64,000 nucleotides of DNA from Phormidium sp. Its GTDB lineage: Bacteria; Cyanobacteriota; Cyanobacteriia; Cyanobacteriales; Aerosakkonemataceae. Position 1 is the first letter of the stretch, and each line of letters starts with the position of its first letter. The DNA is taken from the NCBI GenBank assembly GCA_051013385.1, contig CP143273.1, positions 1,984,001 to 2,048,000 of the forward strand. The letters are read 5' to 3'. Positions 10,767 to 23,468 of the stretch are shown here, one piece after another. Below the pieces are notes generated by a model that saw nothing but the letters and a program-made list of their open reading frames with translations, was not told the DNA's origin and ran no database searches. The translations under genes and the position numbers were made by a program.

Positions 10767-12557
10767 CTAATTTGTTAGTTTTGTTAAGGGAATTCCTAAC
10801 CAATTTTGAAAGTTTTCTTGCTGGGTTGAATTAGCATTTTCCACCGCTACAATTTTGTAATTACTAGGTTGAGGATTTGCTAAAGTCACTGGGAGAGTTT
10901 GCAATTCATCTTGATGGAAAATTGACAGTTGAATTGTATCTCCTGGTTGATAATCTTTTAACCTGTCGTTTAATTGCTCTGCATTAACTCGCATTCCATC
11001 AATTGCTAGTAATTCATCATCAGCACTAACGCCAGCTAGTTGTGCAGGTGAACCAAATTCGACAAATTCAATCTTTTGTTTGCCATTTTGGAATTTGGCT
11101 TTTAAGCCAATATAAGGAGGTTGATCTGCTTCAATATCAGCTTCTAACCGTAAGCCAAAAGGTGCTAAATATTCATCAAAAGGTAACTCTTCCACACCGT
11201 CGATGTAGCTGGCGAAAAAGTCACTTAAATCTTTTCCGGCTACTAATTCGATCGCACCTTGCAACTGTTCACCCGTAAACCCAATTTCCGCCTTACCGAA
11301 ATTCTCCCACATATAGCGCATGACATCATCTAGCGATCGCTCATTTCCCTGTCTCTCCCGAATTAGCAAATCCAACAAAAAGGAAATCATTTCCCCTTTC
11401 AAATAATAGGAAATCTGACAATTATCACTATTGGCATCCCGGCGATAAAGCTTAATCCAAGCATCAAAACTAGACTCACTTACAGGCTGAACTTTTCTTC
11501 CCAGTTTTGTTTGCAATAAAGTAATTTCCTTGCCTAAATTCTGCAAAAAAGTCTTAGCATCATAGACTCCCGCCCGAAACGGAATTTGTAAATCGTAATA
11601 GCTAGTTGTTCCTTCCGAAAACCACAGGGAAGAAGTGTAATTTTCCCCATCATAATCAAACTTTTCCAAACCTTTTGGGCGCAATCTTTTCACATTCCAC
11701 AAATGGAAAAACTCATGGGCCACCAACTGCATGAAACTTTCATACTTGTCCTGTTTGCGGAAATTAAACCGGGGATAAATTAACGAACAAGCATACTTAT
11801 GTTCCAAACCGCCGCCCATACTTGGCGACAAATGTAGCAAAAACAAATATCTTTCGTAAGGTAAACCCCCAAAAATTTCGGCTTCTACCTCAATAATTTT
11901 TTTCGTATCCTCAATAATTCGTTCTGGTTCAGCATTTCCCTTTCCCCAAATCGCTAACTCATGGGATTTATCCAATACATCAAACTGATAAAATTGATGA
12001 GTGCCTATTTCAAACGGACTATCCACCAAAGTATCAAAATCTGCCGCCACAAAAGTATTTTCCATCCCAGAAACAGCAGGTAAAGGAGTAGCAATTTGCC
12101 AATCTGCTTGGGGAGGAACAATAGTAATTGTAATTGGTTGTTCCGTAAATTCCGGTATATAAAAACACAGCGCCGCCGGATTAAAATAACCGTGAGAACT
12201 ATCTAAATGATTAGTCCTTACCGATAACTCATTAGCAAAAACTCGATAGCGCACCGTAACTTCTGAAACCCCATTTGTTCCCACTTGCCAGTGATTTTTG
12301 GCTAACTTCTGCCAAGGCAAAATTGTGTTTCCCGCAAGGGCAGAAAAATCTTGCAAATTTTTTGCATACTCGCGCACCAAATAAGAACCGGGAGTCCAAA
12401 CGGGAAGTTTTAAATCTAAAACTGGTGCTTGCCATCCCGAAACTTGTAAACTCACCTCAAACAAATGTGAATTAGGTTGAGGCATCGCCACTTGAAAGTG
12501 TATTTTAGGTGTAGTGCGTGGCAAAGTGCTAGGGCGAACAGTAGTTGCTTCTGTCAT
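10767..12557 (-). CDS. M61 glycyl aminopeptidase with C-terminal PDZ domain
   Basis: PVWTPGSY, GGLEH, HEFFHLWNVKR, EGTTSYY motifs; PDZ C-terminus; likely start MTEAT at 12557. Confidence 0.93.
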   Translation of the reverse strand: MTEATTVRPSTLPRTTPKIHFQVAMPQPNSHLFEVSLQVSGWQAPVLDLKLPVWTPGSYLVREYAKNLQDFSALAGNTILPWQKLAKNHWQVGTNGVSEVTVRYRVFANELSVRTNHLDSSHGYFNPAALCFYIPEFTEQPITITIVPPQADWQIATPLPAVSGMENTFVAADFDTLVDSPFEIGTHQFYQFDVLDKSHELAIWGKGNAEPERIIEDTKKIIEVEAEIFGGLPYERYLFLLHLSPSMGGGLEHKYACSLIYPRFNFRKQDKYESFMQLVAHEFFHLWNVKRLRPKGLEKFDYDGENYTSSLWFSEGTTSYYDLQIPFRAGVYDAKTFLQNLGKEITLLQTKLGRKVQPVSESSFDAWIKLYRRDANSDNCQISYYLKGEMISFLLDLLIRERQGNERSLDDVMRYMWENFGKAEIGFTGEQLQGAIELVAGKDLSDFFASYIDGVEELPFDEYLAPFGLRLEADIEADQPPYIGLKAKFQNGKQKIEFVEFGSPAQLAGVSADDELLAIDGMRVNAEQLNDRLKDYQPGDTIQLSIFHQDELQTLPVTLANPQPSNYKIVAVENANSTQQENFQNWLGIPLTKLTN

Positions 12558-12676
12558 GGCAGTGGAAAATTGATAATGTTTATTTACTGATCTCAAAATT
12601 GCAAATCAATATTTTGAAAGAGGAGAAAATTGCTTTAATCCTCTCCCCTACCCAGTCAAACAGTTGTGACAGCTGA

Positions 12677-13360
12677 TTAAATTTTTCCTGCTAGGTGCGC
12701 CAACTGCTTCAGATTGATTAAATGGATTACTTGACGCGATCGATCAATTTTAATCCAACCCTTACTATCTAATTTTTCCATAATCTTAGTAGTGTCCTCA
12801 ACACCCACATCAGCTACATCAGCCAAATCTTTGAATGGAATATTATAAATTTCCGTTCCCGTATCCGTGACTTGACCGTAGTTTTCTCCCATAGAAATCA
12901 AACTGTTAGCCAACTTAACTGCGGGTGGTTGATGACGTAGTTGAAAACGAATATTCATCTGGCGCAGTCTGCGGACCATCAGTTGTAGCATTCGATGGTG
13001 TAACTGTGGGTCTTTAAACAAAGTTTGGATAAATCGCTGCGCGTGGACGCTGAGTAACCGCACTGAGGATAAGGCAATCACATCTGTAGAACGCGGAGAT
13101 TCATCGAGAATCGCCATTTCTCCAAAAAAATCGCCCTGTCCCAGGATTGCCAGCGATATGCGATCATCGCCAGCGATGCGACGGACTTTTACCCAACCGG
13201 ATAGGATAAAGTAAACCGCATTACCCCAGGCATCTTCCATCAGAACTGCTCTGCCAGCGGGATACTCGTGTTCGTCGGCAACCGATAACAACCATTCTAA
13301 GGTCTCTGGATTGACCGTATTGAAAAGCGGAAAAAGTTCACTAAAATCTTCAGTCTGCAT
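12677..13360 (-). CDS. Crp/Fnr family transcriptional regulator
   Basis: cNMP-binding cassette GDFFGEMAILDESPRSTDV; C-terminal HTH; start MQTEDF at 13360. Confidence 0.9.
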   Translation of the reverse strand: MQTEDFSELFPLFNTVNPETLEWLLSVADEHEYPAGRAVLMEDAWGNAVYFILSGWVKVRRIAGDDRISLAILGQGDFFGEMAILDESPRSTDVIALSSVRLLSVHAQRFIQTLFKDPQLHHRMLQLMVRRLRQMNIRFQLRHQPPAVKLANSLISMGENYGQVTDTGTEIYNIPFKDLADVADVGVEDTTKIMEKLDSKGWIKIDRSRQVIHLINLKQLAHLAGKI

Positions 13361-13547
13361 GAAAGATCTTAAAATCACGATTACCAGCATCGGCAGCTAT
13401 AAAAGTCTTCACCTTGGTTGAACAAGGGCTGCTTTTGTGGCAGAAACAATTAGCACTTTCTATCGTAGTCTAGGGATGGGTAATTTAGGCTTTTTCGCCT
13501 GTATTAAATTTTCTACTTACAGATAAAACCAGAAACTCCCTTCTAGA

Positions 13548-14777
13548 TTATTTTGTGTTATGTTCATTTTTCTTGGCTTGAGCTTGTACAATTCTTAAAT
13601 ATTTAATTTGTTGTTCCACGCTCTGAACTAATTCATCTAAAGCTGGGAGAGCTTCTAGCTTATCTGTATTCAAGCTAGGGTCAAGATTTGTCCGATCGCG
13701 AATTTCATTAACTTTTTGTTGCAACTGCTGGGCAATGTTTAGCGCATCTCGACTCAAGTTTTCCAGCTGTTGCTGTTGATAAAATTTCAAAGCTGCGCCC
13801 CGCAGTACTTGCAGGGTTGCTTCTTCGCCATAAGTACCGGGCATAACTCGCAAGCGTAGCAGCAAGCGGTTTTGCTTGTAAATGCGTTCAATTTCTGCTT
13901 GTTTTGGTTTTTCCACTGGCAACATCGGCAAATGGGTTAACCGCTTGAGTTCTTGAATTAACCCCTGGAGAATGGAGCTATTAACTCCTTCTAAGACTAA
14001 CTGGAGAACTCCGTTCTGGCTCCAGAGAATGCGTCCTTTGTCGCTATGGTTTTCTAAATATAATCGACCAATTCCTCCGGCTAATACTCTTGCGAGTAAT
14101 TCACTGAGTAAAACTTTGGGTGGCAGTTTTGCCAAAACTTCGATCGGACTACTTAAGTATTGCGCTTCTACTTCCAAAATCGGTAAACTCAAACCTGGAT
14201 TGGGAACAACAGGTGGTGTTTGTGCTGATCTTTTCGCACTCTTACTGGCAGATAGTGGTTTTTGCGCTGTTATATGCTGCCCGACTGTTGGTGGTGAATT
14301 TACTACTGGTGGGATAGGTTCCTCGATATAATCTTTCGCCGATTCTTCATCATCTAAAATCAGCGTGGGTTTATTATCTTGGGTTAACTTTTCTTTGGGT
14401 ATTTCTTGTGGCGCTGTACTGGGTGCTGTTGACTTTAACTGCCCTGTGTGGCTTAAGTAAGCTGAGAGCAATGCTTGGTGATTTTTGGCTGAAAGTGGCT
14501 GTGGTAATAGTGAGCAGTTCATGTAAGCCAAGATGCGGCGAACATAATCCAAGGCTTCTGTATCGTTAGGATCTACCATGCCTAAGTTCAGGCGGGTTCC
14601 CTCTAAGGAAAGAGGTATAACTTGATGATATAAACAGGCTTCAAAGGGAAGAATACCATCAATCAGGCGGAACATTGCTTCACTGATCTGAAGCGGGTCA
14701 TCTTTCATTGATGAAAAAGTCTCTCCCTGAGTTTTGGTGTGCTTGCTTTTTATATAGTTAACTTCTACAGGTGGCAT
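13548..14777 (-). CDS. PilB/GspE N-terminal-like protein lacking ATPase domain
   Basis: YHQVIPLSLEGTRLNLGMVDP (GspE N-terminal-like) and LRLRVMPGTYGEEATLQVLR (N2-like); no Walker A. Confidence 0.7.
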   Translation of the reverse strand: MPPVEVNYIKSKHTKTQGETFSSMKDDPLQISEAMFRLIDGILPFEACLYHQVIPLSLEGTRLNLGMVDPNDTEALDYVRRILAYMNCSLLPQPLSAKNHQALLSAYLSHTGQLKSTAPSTAPQEIPKEKLTQDNKPTLILDDEESAKDYIEEPIPPVVNSPPTVGQHITAQKPLSASKSAKRSAQTPPVVPNPGLSLPILEVEAQYLSSPIEVLAKLPPKVLLSELLARVLAGGIGRLYLENHSDKGRILWSQNGVLQLVLEGVNSSILQGLIQELKRLTHLPMLPVEKPKQAEIERIYKQNRLLLRLRVMPGTYGEEATLQVLRGAALKFYQQQQLENLSRDALNIAQQLQQKVNEIRDRTNLDPSLNTDKLEALPALDELVQSVEQQIKYLRIVQAQAKKNEHNTK

Positions 14778-15177
14778 AAATATTTACTTTGACCTGGATG
14801 ATTTTTTCTGATTCGTTCCCTTTCTTGGCCCTACTGTTGTTTTAGCTGTTTAATTCCCGTTTGGAGAAATTTTGAAGTTAGCTCAAAATCTCTCCTGCCA
14901 AACTAGTTGGAGGAGTTGCTCAGCTAATAAATGACAACTTTTCAGGTTAGCCAAAAATCAATTAAATTTTCCCTGTTAACTTTAAGTGGTTTTTCCTGAG
15001 TAATTCAGGATAAATACCTAACTAAGTATCAGGTTCAGATACACCCTGTTAATTAAAGGATATTATAACTTTTGTCTTCTGATAGTGGATGGCTATCTTT
15101 AACGATCGCAAATCTTTGCACCGTATTACTCTTTACCCCAAAAGGGAATTTATTTCCTAAATTTTTACATTTCTTTA

Positions 15178-16305
15178 CTAAGCATTGCGTTTTTCTTGCG
15201 CTGCCAGGTAAAGTTTACTCCATTCCCCCATAACTTGATTTGTTTTCAGGTTTAAGTCTTGGGCTACGGCTTCTAGGGTTTTGCCATCGGTTAATTTGTC
15301 TAACAGTCGCCGTTGTTCTGGTGTTAAACTGTCCCAATATTCTTGCCACTGACTTGGGGTTAAGCCGAGACGGTGTTCGCTAAGGGAAGTTTCTAACCAG
15401 GTGGAAACTATCTCTGGTTGTACTTTTAGGGCAAAAACTTTGATGGCATGGTAACTTATTTTTTCCCGCAAGCGATAGATTTCTTTGATCGGTTTGTTTA
15501 AGGCGCGGGCTATTTCTTCTTGAGATCTTCCTTGAAGATAAAGCCTTAGCCATTCCGAGGCGAAAGAATCAATATTTTTGGCTAAATAGGTTTCAAATTC
15601 TTTTTTGACGGCGAGACGGGCGGCTTGTTTTTCCTCCCATTCTTGGGTTTCTTGGTATTGCGCGATCGCTTGATTATCCAATAAACTTAACGGGTTGTCT
15701 GCTTCTTCGGGGACTATTTCTTCGGAAACTAAGCGCACCAAGTCTCCGGTTGGTACTTGGGTAATACCTCCCCGTTGAGAACGCCGCAAATAGTTAACAA
15801 AACGATACAGTAGTAATGGTTGGTTGCGAATCGGGCGCATACAGTACTCTTCGGTACTGGTTAGCAACAGAGCATTCCGCAATCTGGGATCTTCTGTACA
15901 TTCCCGTATCCAGCCAATTTGTTCTTGTAGGTAGCGATCGGACTGTAATAATTCTTGAATTACTTCCTGGAGAACATCAACTACTGCTCTTTGGCGATCG
16001 CGACTCAAGGCTACCCAAGTCTTAATTTTATTGCGGAGCATGACCAAAGAACCCAAGCGAGTCATTAAATTTTTATATGCTCTTTCTGGCCCTACTCCTA
16101 AATATCGATGCCGTAAAATTCGGTAACGATAGTCTATTGCTTGTCTGGCAATTGCTAACAGATTCGGGGCTAAGGTTTCATAACGCTCTAAATCTTTTCC
16201 CAATAACCATTTAATAATACTCTCTTGGGTCTGTTGGCTGATGTTCTCACAGTCCACTTGCAGCTGCTTTCGCAATTCATCTGCCAGTTTTTCAGCTATT
16301 AACAT
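15178..16305 (-). CDS. HetZ-related DNA-binding protein
   Basis: YRILRHRYLG...LRNKIKTWVALSRDR...STEEYCMRPIRNQPLLLYRFVNY; two sigma-region-4-like HTH segments. Confidence 0.75.
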   Translation of the reverse strand: MLIAEKLADELRKQLQVDCENISQQTQESIIKWLLGKDLERYETLAPNLLAIARQAIDYRYRILRHRYLGVGPERAYKNLMTRLGSLVMLRNKIKTWVALSRDRQRAVVDVLQEVIQELLQSDRYLQEQIGWIRECTEDPRLRNALLLTSTEEYCMRPIRNQPLLLYRFVNYLRRSQRGGITQVPTGDLVRLVSEEIVPEEADNPLSLLDNQAIAQYQETQEWEEKQAARLAVKKEFETYLAKNIDSFASEWLRLYLQGRSQEEIARALNKPIKEIYRLREKISYHAIKVFALKVQPEIVSTWLETSLSEHRLGLTPSQWQEYWDSLTPEQRRLLDKLTDGKTLEAVAQDLNLKTNQVMGEWSKLYLAAQEKRNA

Positions 16306-16595
16306 GGACTCTAGCTCCTCAATTCCCTATAACGAAAAGTATGCCCACTATCTGACTCAAAACGTTCACCCATTATGGGTAGTGTTTACTTTCAAAGATG
16401 TATTTTTTGACGACAGGTGAAGTGAACCAAGCTTTATGGGCTGGTTTTTCTAGTATATTTTCTCCACTTGTTTAATTTTCACAGGTGTTTTAGATCACAA
16501 CCATCGGGAGAGTAGACTCACTAACCGCGAATGTTAAATTTTGTTAACTTAACGGTGTATAAAAAAAATCTTAGTCCTCAACACTGTTTGCCACT

Positions 16596-18851
16596 ATGAA
16601 TTTAGAATCTATAGAGATGCGCCTGCAAACACTCAAGCAAGAACAGGATTTAATCGTTAATCAAGTGGACAATGCGATCGCGCTTTTTGATCGATCCCAC
16701 CAACTAATCCTATTTAACATTAAGTTGATCCAGATTTGGGGATTCTCTCCAGCGTTTCTGGAAACCAAACCTACGGATGAAGTTGTGTTTAATCATATTG
16801 TAGAACAGGGCTATTGGTCAGAATCACAAAAGCAAAACTTAGAAACATATTTGGCAACAGCAGATACAGCAAACACTTGTTTATACTTACAACAAAGTAA
16901 TGGCATTTGTTTAGAAGTTTACACTACATTAACCTCTGACGGCGGACGTTTATTTACGTTCCGCGATGTGACAAGATACCAGCAAGCATTGCGTTCAGCT
17001 AGTGAAATTCAAGATTCGTTAAATGCGGAAGTCAAGCGGTTAAATTTTTTACTACAACTTACAGAACGACTCCAACCTGCTACTGATTTACAAGAACTTG
17101 GCAAATTTGCTCTTAGCTATTTGGTAAAAGTAACGGGTGCAGCTTTTGGCGATGTCAAAGTAATTATTGGTAATGGTAATCAGCGTTACGCTAACGCGAT
17201 TACCAATCAGATTTCGGGGCAATTTATTGCTACTCATGGAGAAATTGCGGTTGCGGAAATGGAAGCGTTACTAAATCAAGGCATTCCTTATGGTGAAGGG
17301 TTACTCTGGGATGTGGTGGAAACTGGGGAACCGCAGTTTGTGGAAGATTATCATAAACACCCGAAAGCTTTAGCAGGATTTAAGCATCCGGCGATCGGAC
17401 AATTGGGGATTTTTCCGATTCCGGCAGCGGATGGTACGATTATCGGAGTGCTAACTCTGGAATCGCGCAATTTACAGAAGTTACAAGAAGCGCCGCAACA
17501 GGATATGCTGATTGCAGCTTGTCGGACTTTGGGAGTGGCGATCGAACGGGTGCAAGCGCAAGAAAATTTACTGCGGATTAACGAAGACTTAGAACGCGCC
17601 TCGCAGATGAAATCAGAGTTCTTAGCTTCGATGTCTCATGAATTACGCACGCCGCTCAATAGTATTTTAGGATTTTCTGATTTATTGATTCGCCAAAGTG
17701 CGGGCTCTTTGAGTGTTCGCCAATTGAGTTATGTTCAGACGATCGAAAGAAGCGGCGAACACTTGTTACAACTAATTAACGATATTCTCGATCTCTCCAA
17801 GATTGAAGCTGGCAAAGTTGAACTGAACTTAAGAGCGATTTCGATTCATTATCTTTGTACAGAATGCCTGAAAATGATTCAAGTGCGGGCAGTGAAAAAG
17901 CGACTGGCGCTGACTTTGGAATTGGATTATCGTTTGGAACAGGTGAACATCGATGAACGTCGGGCTTGTCAGATTTTAATTAATTTGCTTTCCAATGCGG
18001 TAAAATTTACCCCCGAAGGCGGACAAATTAAACTTTCTAGTCGCTTGGCTTATGGTAGTCAATTAGAGAAAGAATATCGTCCCGATCGCTCTGCGATCAA
18101 TCCCAGTACCCCTTACCTCTGCTTGGAAGTGGAAGACTCTGGTATTGGTATTCCCAGACATAAATGGCATTTGCTATTCCGTCCTTTTCAACAGGTGGAT
18201 GCTTCCCTAACTCGCCATCACGAAGGTACAGGTTTGGGTTTAGTGTTGACAAAGCGGTTAGCAGAATTACATGGTGGTACTGTCTCTTTAGAATCGGAAG
18301 TAAATCAGGGTAGTAAGTTCCGCGTTTGGATACCGCTGACGGAAATGCGCCAGCAACAACCTAGAATGGCGGATTTAGAGTTCCCCCAACAGTCGAAAAT
18401 TAATCTAAAACTCCAAGAACCCTCTAATTCTCCCGCAACATCTGAGACTAAGCGAGTTTTGGTGGTGGAAGATCAACCCTACAACCAAGCTTTTATTTCG
18501 GAAGTGCTGGAACTTGAAGGGTATAAAGTAGAGATGATTTATGATGGCGGAATGATGATGCAGACTATTTATTCTCCTTTTGTTACGCCCCAGAGTTTAC
18601 CAGATTTGATTTTAATGGATATTCAATTGCCCCAGGTGGATGGAATTCAGATTATCCGCCAACTGAAGGCGCATGACTTGTGGAAAAGTGTGCCAGTGAT
18701 TGCAGTTACAGCGATCGCTATGTCTGGCGATCGCGATCGTTGTTTAGCCGCAGGCGCTGATGCTTACTTGAGTAAACCCCTGAAAGTCGATGAGTTAATT
18801 GCTTGTGTGCGCCTGTATACCAACAGCGAATCAAAAGAAGTAAATTCGTAA
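16596..18851 (+). CDS. Cytoplasmic hybrid histidine kinase (PAS, GAF, HisKA, HATPase, REC)
   Basis: [26 protein letters not shown] and LMDIQLP...KPL motifs. Confidence 0.93.
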   Translation: MNLESIEMRLQTLKQEQDLIVNQVDNAIALFDRSHQLILFNIKLIQIWGFSPAFLETKPTDEVVFNHIVEQGYWSESQKQNLETYLATADTANTCLYLQQSNGICLEVYTTLTSDGGRLFTFRDVTRYQQALRSASEIQDSLNAEVKRLNFLLQLTERLQPATDLQELGKFALSYLVKVTGAAFGDVKVIIGNGNQRYANAITNQISGQFIATHGEIAVAEMEALLNQGIPYGEGLLWDVVETGEPQFVEDYHKHPKALAGFKHPAIGQLGIFPIPAADGTIIGVLTLESRNLQKLQEAPQQDMLIAACRTLGVAIERVQAQENLLRINEDLERASQMKSEFLASMSHELRTPLNSILGFSDLLIRQSAGSLSVRQLSYVQTIERSGEHLLQLINDILDLSKIEAGKVELNLRAISIHYLCTECLKMIQVRAVKKRLALTLELDYRLEQVNIDERRACQILINLLSNAVKFTPEGGQIKLSSRLAYGSQLEKEYRPDRSAINPSTPYLCLEVEDSGIGIPRHKWHLLFRPFQQVDASLTRHHEGTGLGLVLTKRLAELHGGTVSLESEVNQGSKFRVWIPLTEMRQQQPRMADLEFPQQSKINLKLQEPSNSPATSETKRVLVVEDQPYNQAFISEVLELEGYKVEMIYDGGMMMQTIYSPFVTPQSLPDLILMDIQLPQVDGIQIIRQLKAHDLWKSVPVIAVTAIAMSGDRDRCLAAGADAYLSKPLKVDELIACVRLYTNSESKEVNS

Positions 18852-19082
18852 ATCACCTGACACAGAGTTGAACATTTATAATTAAATTGTTTCAATATAT
18901 TAAGAAGGCTTGACAGAGCGGGGAATAAAATTCCCTGCTGCTAGCTTACTTCTAAGAACAAAGCGGGTGTATCTCTATTACCAAAGGCTTTAAAAATTAA
19001 AGACTTGGGAATTATTCCTAACTTTAAACCTGATTTTTGATGTTTGTGGTTGTACCACTTTAGTAGTTTTGTCTTTTTAATT

Positions 19083-20234
19083 ATGCTAAACCACCCGCCA
19101 AGAATTTTGCTTGTAGATGACGAGCCTGTGAATATTACTTTACTAGAAAGTTTACTCCAATCAGAAGGCTACGATACGCTGTTAGCGGCTTCTGGAATGG
19201 AAGCACTGACAATAGCTAAAACATCAATTCCCGATTTAATTATACTGGATATTATGATGCCAGGGATGAATGGTTTTGAGGTTTGCCAAAAATTACGAGA
19301 AGATAGTATTTTAAAAACTATACCAATTATTTTTTTGACGGCATTAGATGACGATCGGTTTAAATTGCGTGGTTTAGAAGTGATGGGAGACGATTATTTA
19401 ACTAAGCCGTTTAAAAATAACTTACTTTTATCAAAGATTGCTAGTATTTTACGGCTTCAGGAAATGCGATCGCAACAAGTTCAACAAGAACTTAAAGAGA
19501 AAACCAAACGCCAATTATCAGCAGCTTGGAATATTAATTTAGCACTTTCCGAAAAGTTACGTTTATTTGTCCCCGATCAATTTCTGCGCCGCATTGCACC
19601 CGCTGGAGTCGAATCAATTCAATTAGGCAATTCTCAAGAAGAAGAAATCACTGTTTTATTTTGTGACATTCGCAAGTTTACGAGTATTTGTGAATCCCAA
19701 TCTCCCAGTGAAACTTTTCAATGGTTAAACGTATTTTTTAGCCAAATGAATGCTTGTATTATCGCAAATTACGGGTTTATTGATAAATACTTGGGTGATG
19801 CTTTAATGGTAGTATTCGATCGTCCAGAAACTCACCCCCAAGATGCGGTAAATGGCGCATTGATGATGCAACAAAAAATCATTGAATTTAATGGCGATCG
19901 AGCCAAATCTAACTTACAAATACCGATTAATATTGGGATTGGAATTCACACAGGTAAAGGGATTATAGGCGCTTTGGGTGCTGATTCTCGGATTGATTCT
20001 ACGGTAATTGGTGATGTGGTAAATACAGCAGCAAGATTACAAGAATTAACCAAACATTACGAATGTGGAATTATCGCTAGTGAGTCAGTAATTTCTCAAT
20101 TGACACAATCAGAATTTTTTGAGGTGCGTTGGATCGATCGCGTAGTACCCAGAGGTAAACAACAAGCACAAGACATTTACGAAATTTGCGGCAAAAGCAT
20201 CCCACCCACCAATACACCACTGATCTTAACTTAA
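19083..20234 (+). CDS. Response regulator-class III adenylate cyclase
   Basis: REC (LVDDE, LDIMMP, TKPF) plus FCDIRKFT, DKYLGDA and GDVVNTAARL; Lys at the substrate-specifying position suggests ATP. Confidence 0.9.
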   Translation: MLNHPPRILLVDDEPVNITLLESLLQSEGYDTLLAASGMEALTIAKTSIPDLIILDIMMPGMNGFEVCQKLREDSILKTIPIIFLTALDDDRFKLRGLEVMGDDYLTKPFKNNLLLSKIASILRLQEMRSQQVQQELKEKTKRQLSAAWNINLALSEKLRLFVPDQFLRRIAPAGVESIQLGNSQEEEITVLFCDIRKFTSICESQSPSETFQWLNVFFSQMNACIIANYGFIDKYLGDALMVVFDRPETHPQDAVNGALMMQQKIIEFNGDRAKSNLQIPINIGIGIHTGKGIIGALGADSRIDSTVIGDVVNTAARLQELTKHYECGIIASESVISQLTQSEFFEVRWIDRVVPRGKQQAQDIYEICGKSIPPTNTPLILT

Positions 20235-20245
20235 ACAAAATTGCT

Positions 20246-20875
20246 TTAATTATTGGGTTTTAATCTCATCCCCGAACTAGATAAACTATCAGCAAATAAC
20301 CCAATCCCTGTCAGGATAGTATTAGCTGGTACTGCTGGTTGTACGGAAGGATTTAAGGGATAAGTTCTGCCATTAAAACGCATTAAATTATATTCTCGTT
20401 TAGTACCACCGCCACTAGTAAGAAAAACTAAATTTTTCCATCCAGAGTTACGTTGAGGAGTGACTAAAATCGGCGGATTTACTAAAGTGTGTCGAGAAAT
20501 TAATTGGTAATCTTGCCCTTTGGGTGTGTAAATTAAAGCATTACAACCTCCTGAACCGCAAACGTAGGAACCTACTAAATATACAATTACTTCTGGTCGA
20601 TTATCACCGTTTAAATCTAGGCGATTATAATAGTAACGAATGTAATTTTCGGGATTTGTTTCGCTGTAATCAGTCAGGTAATTTCGGAAAATTGTCCGTT
20701 CTAATTTGGTATCTGGGGAGGTTTCGGATTTTAAATACTGGATGTTGCCAATTTTTACTCCATTCAAGGGTTTAAATTGGGTGGTTTGTTGGGATTTGAC
20801 TGGTAAGGTTATTTGTACAATGGTTGTGGTAGTTAAGGCGATCGCACTAACTATCAATCTATTTTTAAATTTCAT
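20246..20875 (-). CDS. Secreted hypothetical protein
   Basis: Signal-peptide-like N-terminus; DLNGDNRPE EF-like loop; CGSGGC motif. Confidence 0.75.
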   Translation of the reverse strand: MKFKNRLIVSAIALTTTTIVQITLPVKSQQTTQFKPLNGVKIGNIQYLKSETSPDTKLERTIFRNYLTDYSETNPENYIRYYYNRLDLNGDNRPEVIVYLVGSYVCGSGGCNALIYTPKGQDYQLISRHTLVNPPILVTPQRNSGWKNLVFLTSGGGTKREYNLMRFNGRTYPLNPSVQPAVPANTILTGIGLFADSLSSSGMRLKPNN

Positions 20876-20934
20876 TTTCAGACTTCTGTTAATCTATCTG
20901 GCAAAAAAACGACTTCAGTCGTTACAACGAACTA

Positions 20935-21138
20935 TTATTGATTGTCTGGGTTGTTAGGTTTGGATTCGGAGATTTGGTTGCGGAAAGGCCAGCCCGATCG
21001 CTTATCATAGTTAGATGCGATCGCTAAAAGCAACCCAGCTAAGATGAATGCTGGTAATGGTAATGATAAGTGTTTCATCCACTTAAAAATTTGTGCTAAA
21101 GCAAACAATAACAGGAAGCTAGCAAACCAAACTCTCAT
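20935..21138 (-). CDS. Small conserved cyanobacterial membrane protein
   Basis: Two hydrophobic segments ending LAIASNYDK; GAGG RBS upstream. Confidence 0.7.
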   Translation of the reverse strand: MRVWFASFLLLFALAQIFKWMKHLSLPLPAFILAGLLLAIASNYDKRSGWPFRNQISESKPNNPDNQ

Positions 21139-21263
21139 TTTTTTACCTCACACATAACTTTTGTTAGGAAACAGGGATAATAGTCAGATAGATTTTCATC
21201 GCTTCTTACTTTAGCTATAAAACAGTCAATCTAGACAAAGGTTACACTGGTATTTGTGCTTAG

Positions 21264-23336
<2,073 letters not shown>

Positions 23337-23366
23337 AGAGGTTTTAAGTTATGCCGATTAACATTA

Positions 23367-23432
23367 GGTACGTTGTTGCGCTTTAGCGCTCTTACCCATG
23401 ATAATAAGAGCGCTAAAGCGCAACAACGTACC
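23367..23432. repeat. REPIN-like inverted repeat (GTACGTTGTTGCGC family)
   Basis: Perfect 28-bp arms GGTACGTTGTTGCGCTTTAGCGCTCTTA with 10-bp loop; relatives at 48443 and 62310-62857. Confidence 0.9.
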
Positions 23433-23468
23433 CATTTCTAAGTAAATAAATTGAGTTAATATCGCCTA

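Noticed and set aside
16368..16380. HetR box upstream of the HetZ-related gene (ACCCATTATGGGT)
   Set aside because: Dyad is CCC-N5-GGG, the reverse arrangement of the GGG-N5-CCC HetR consensus
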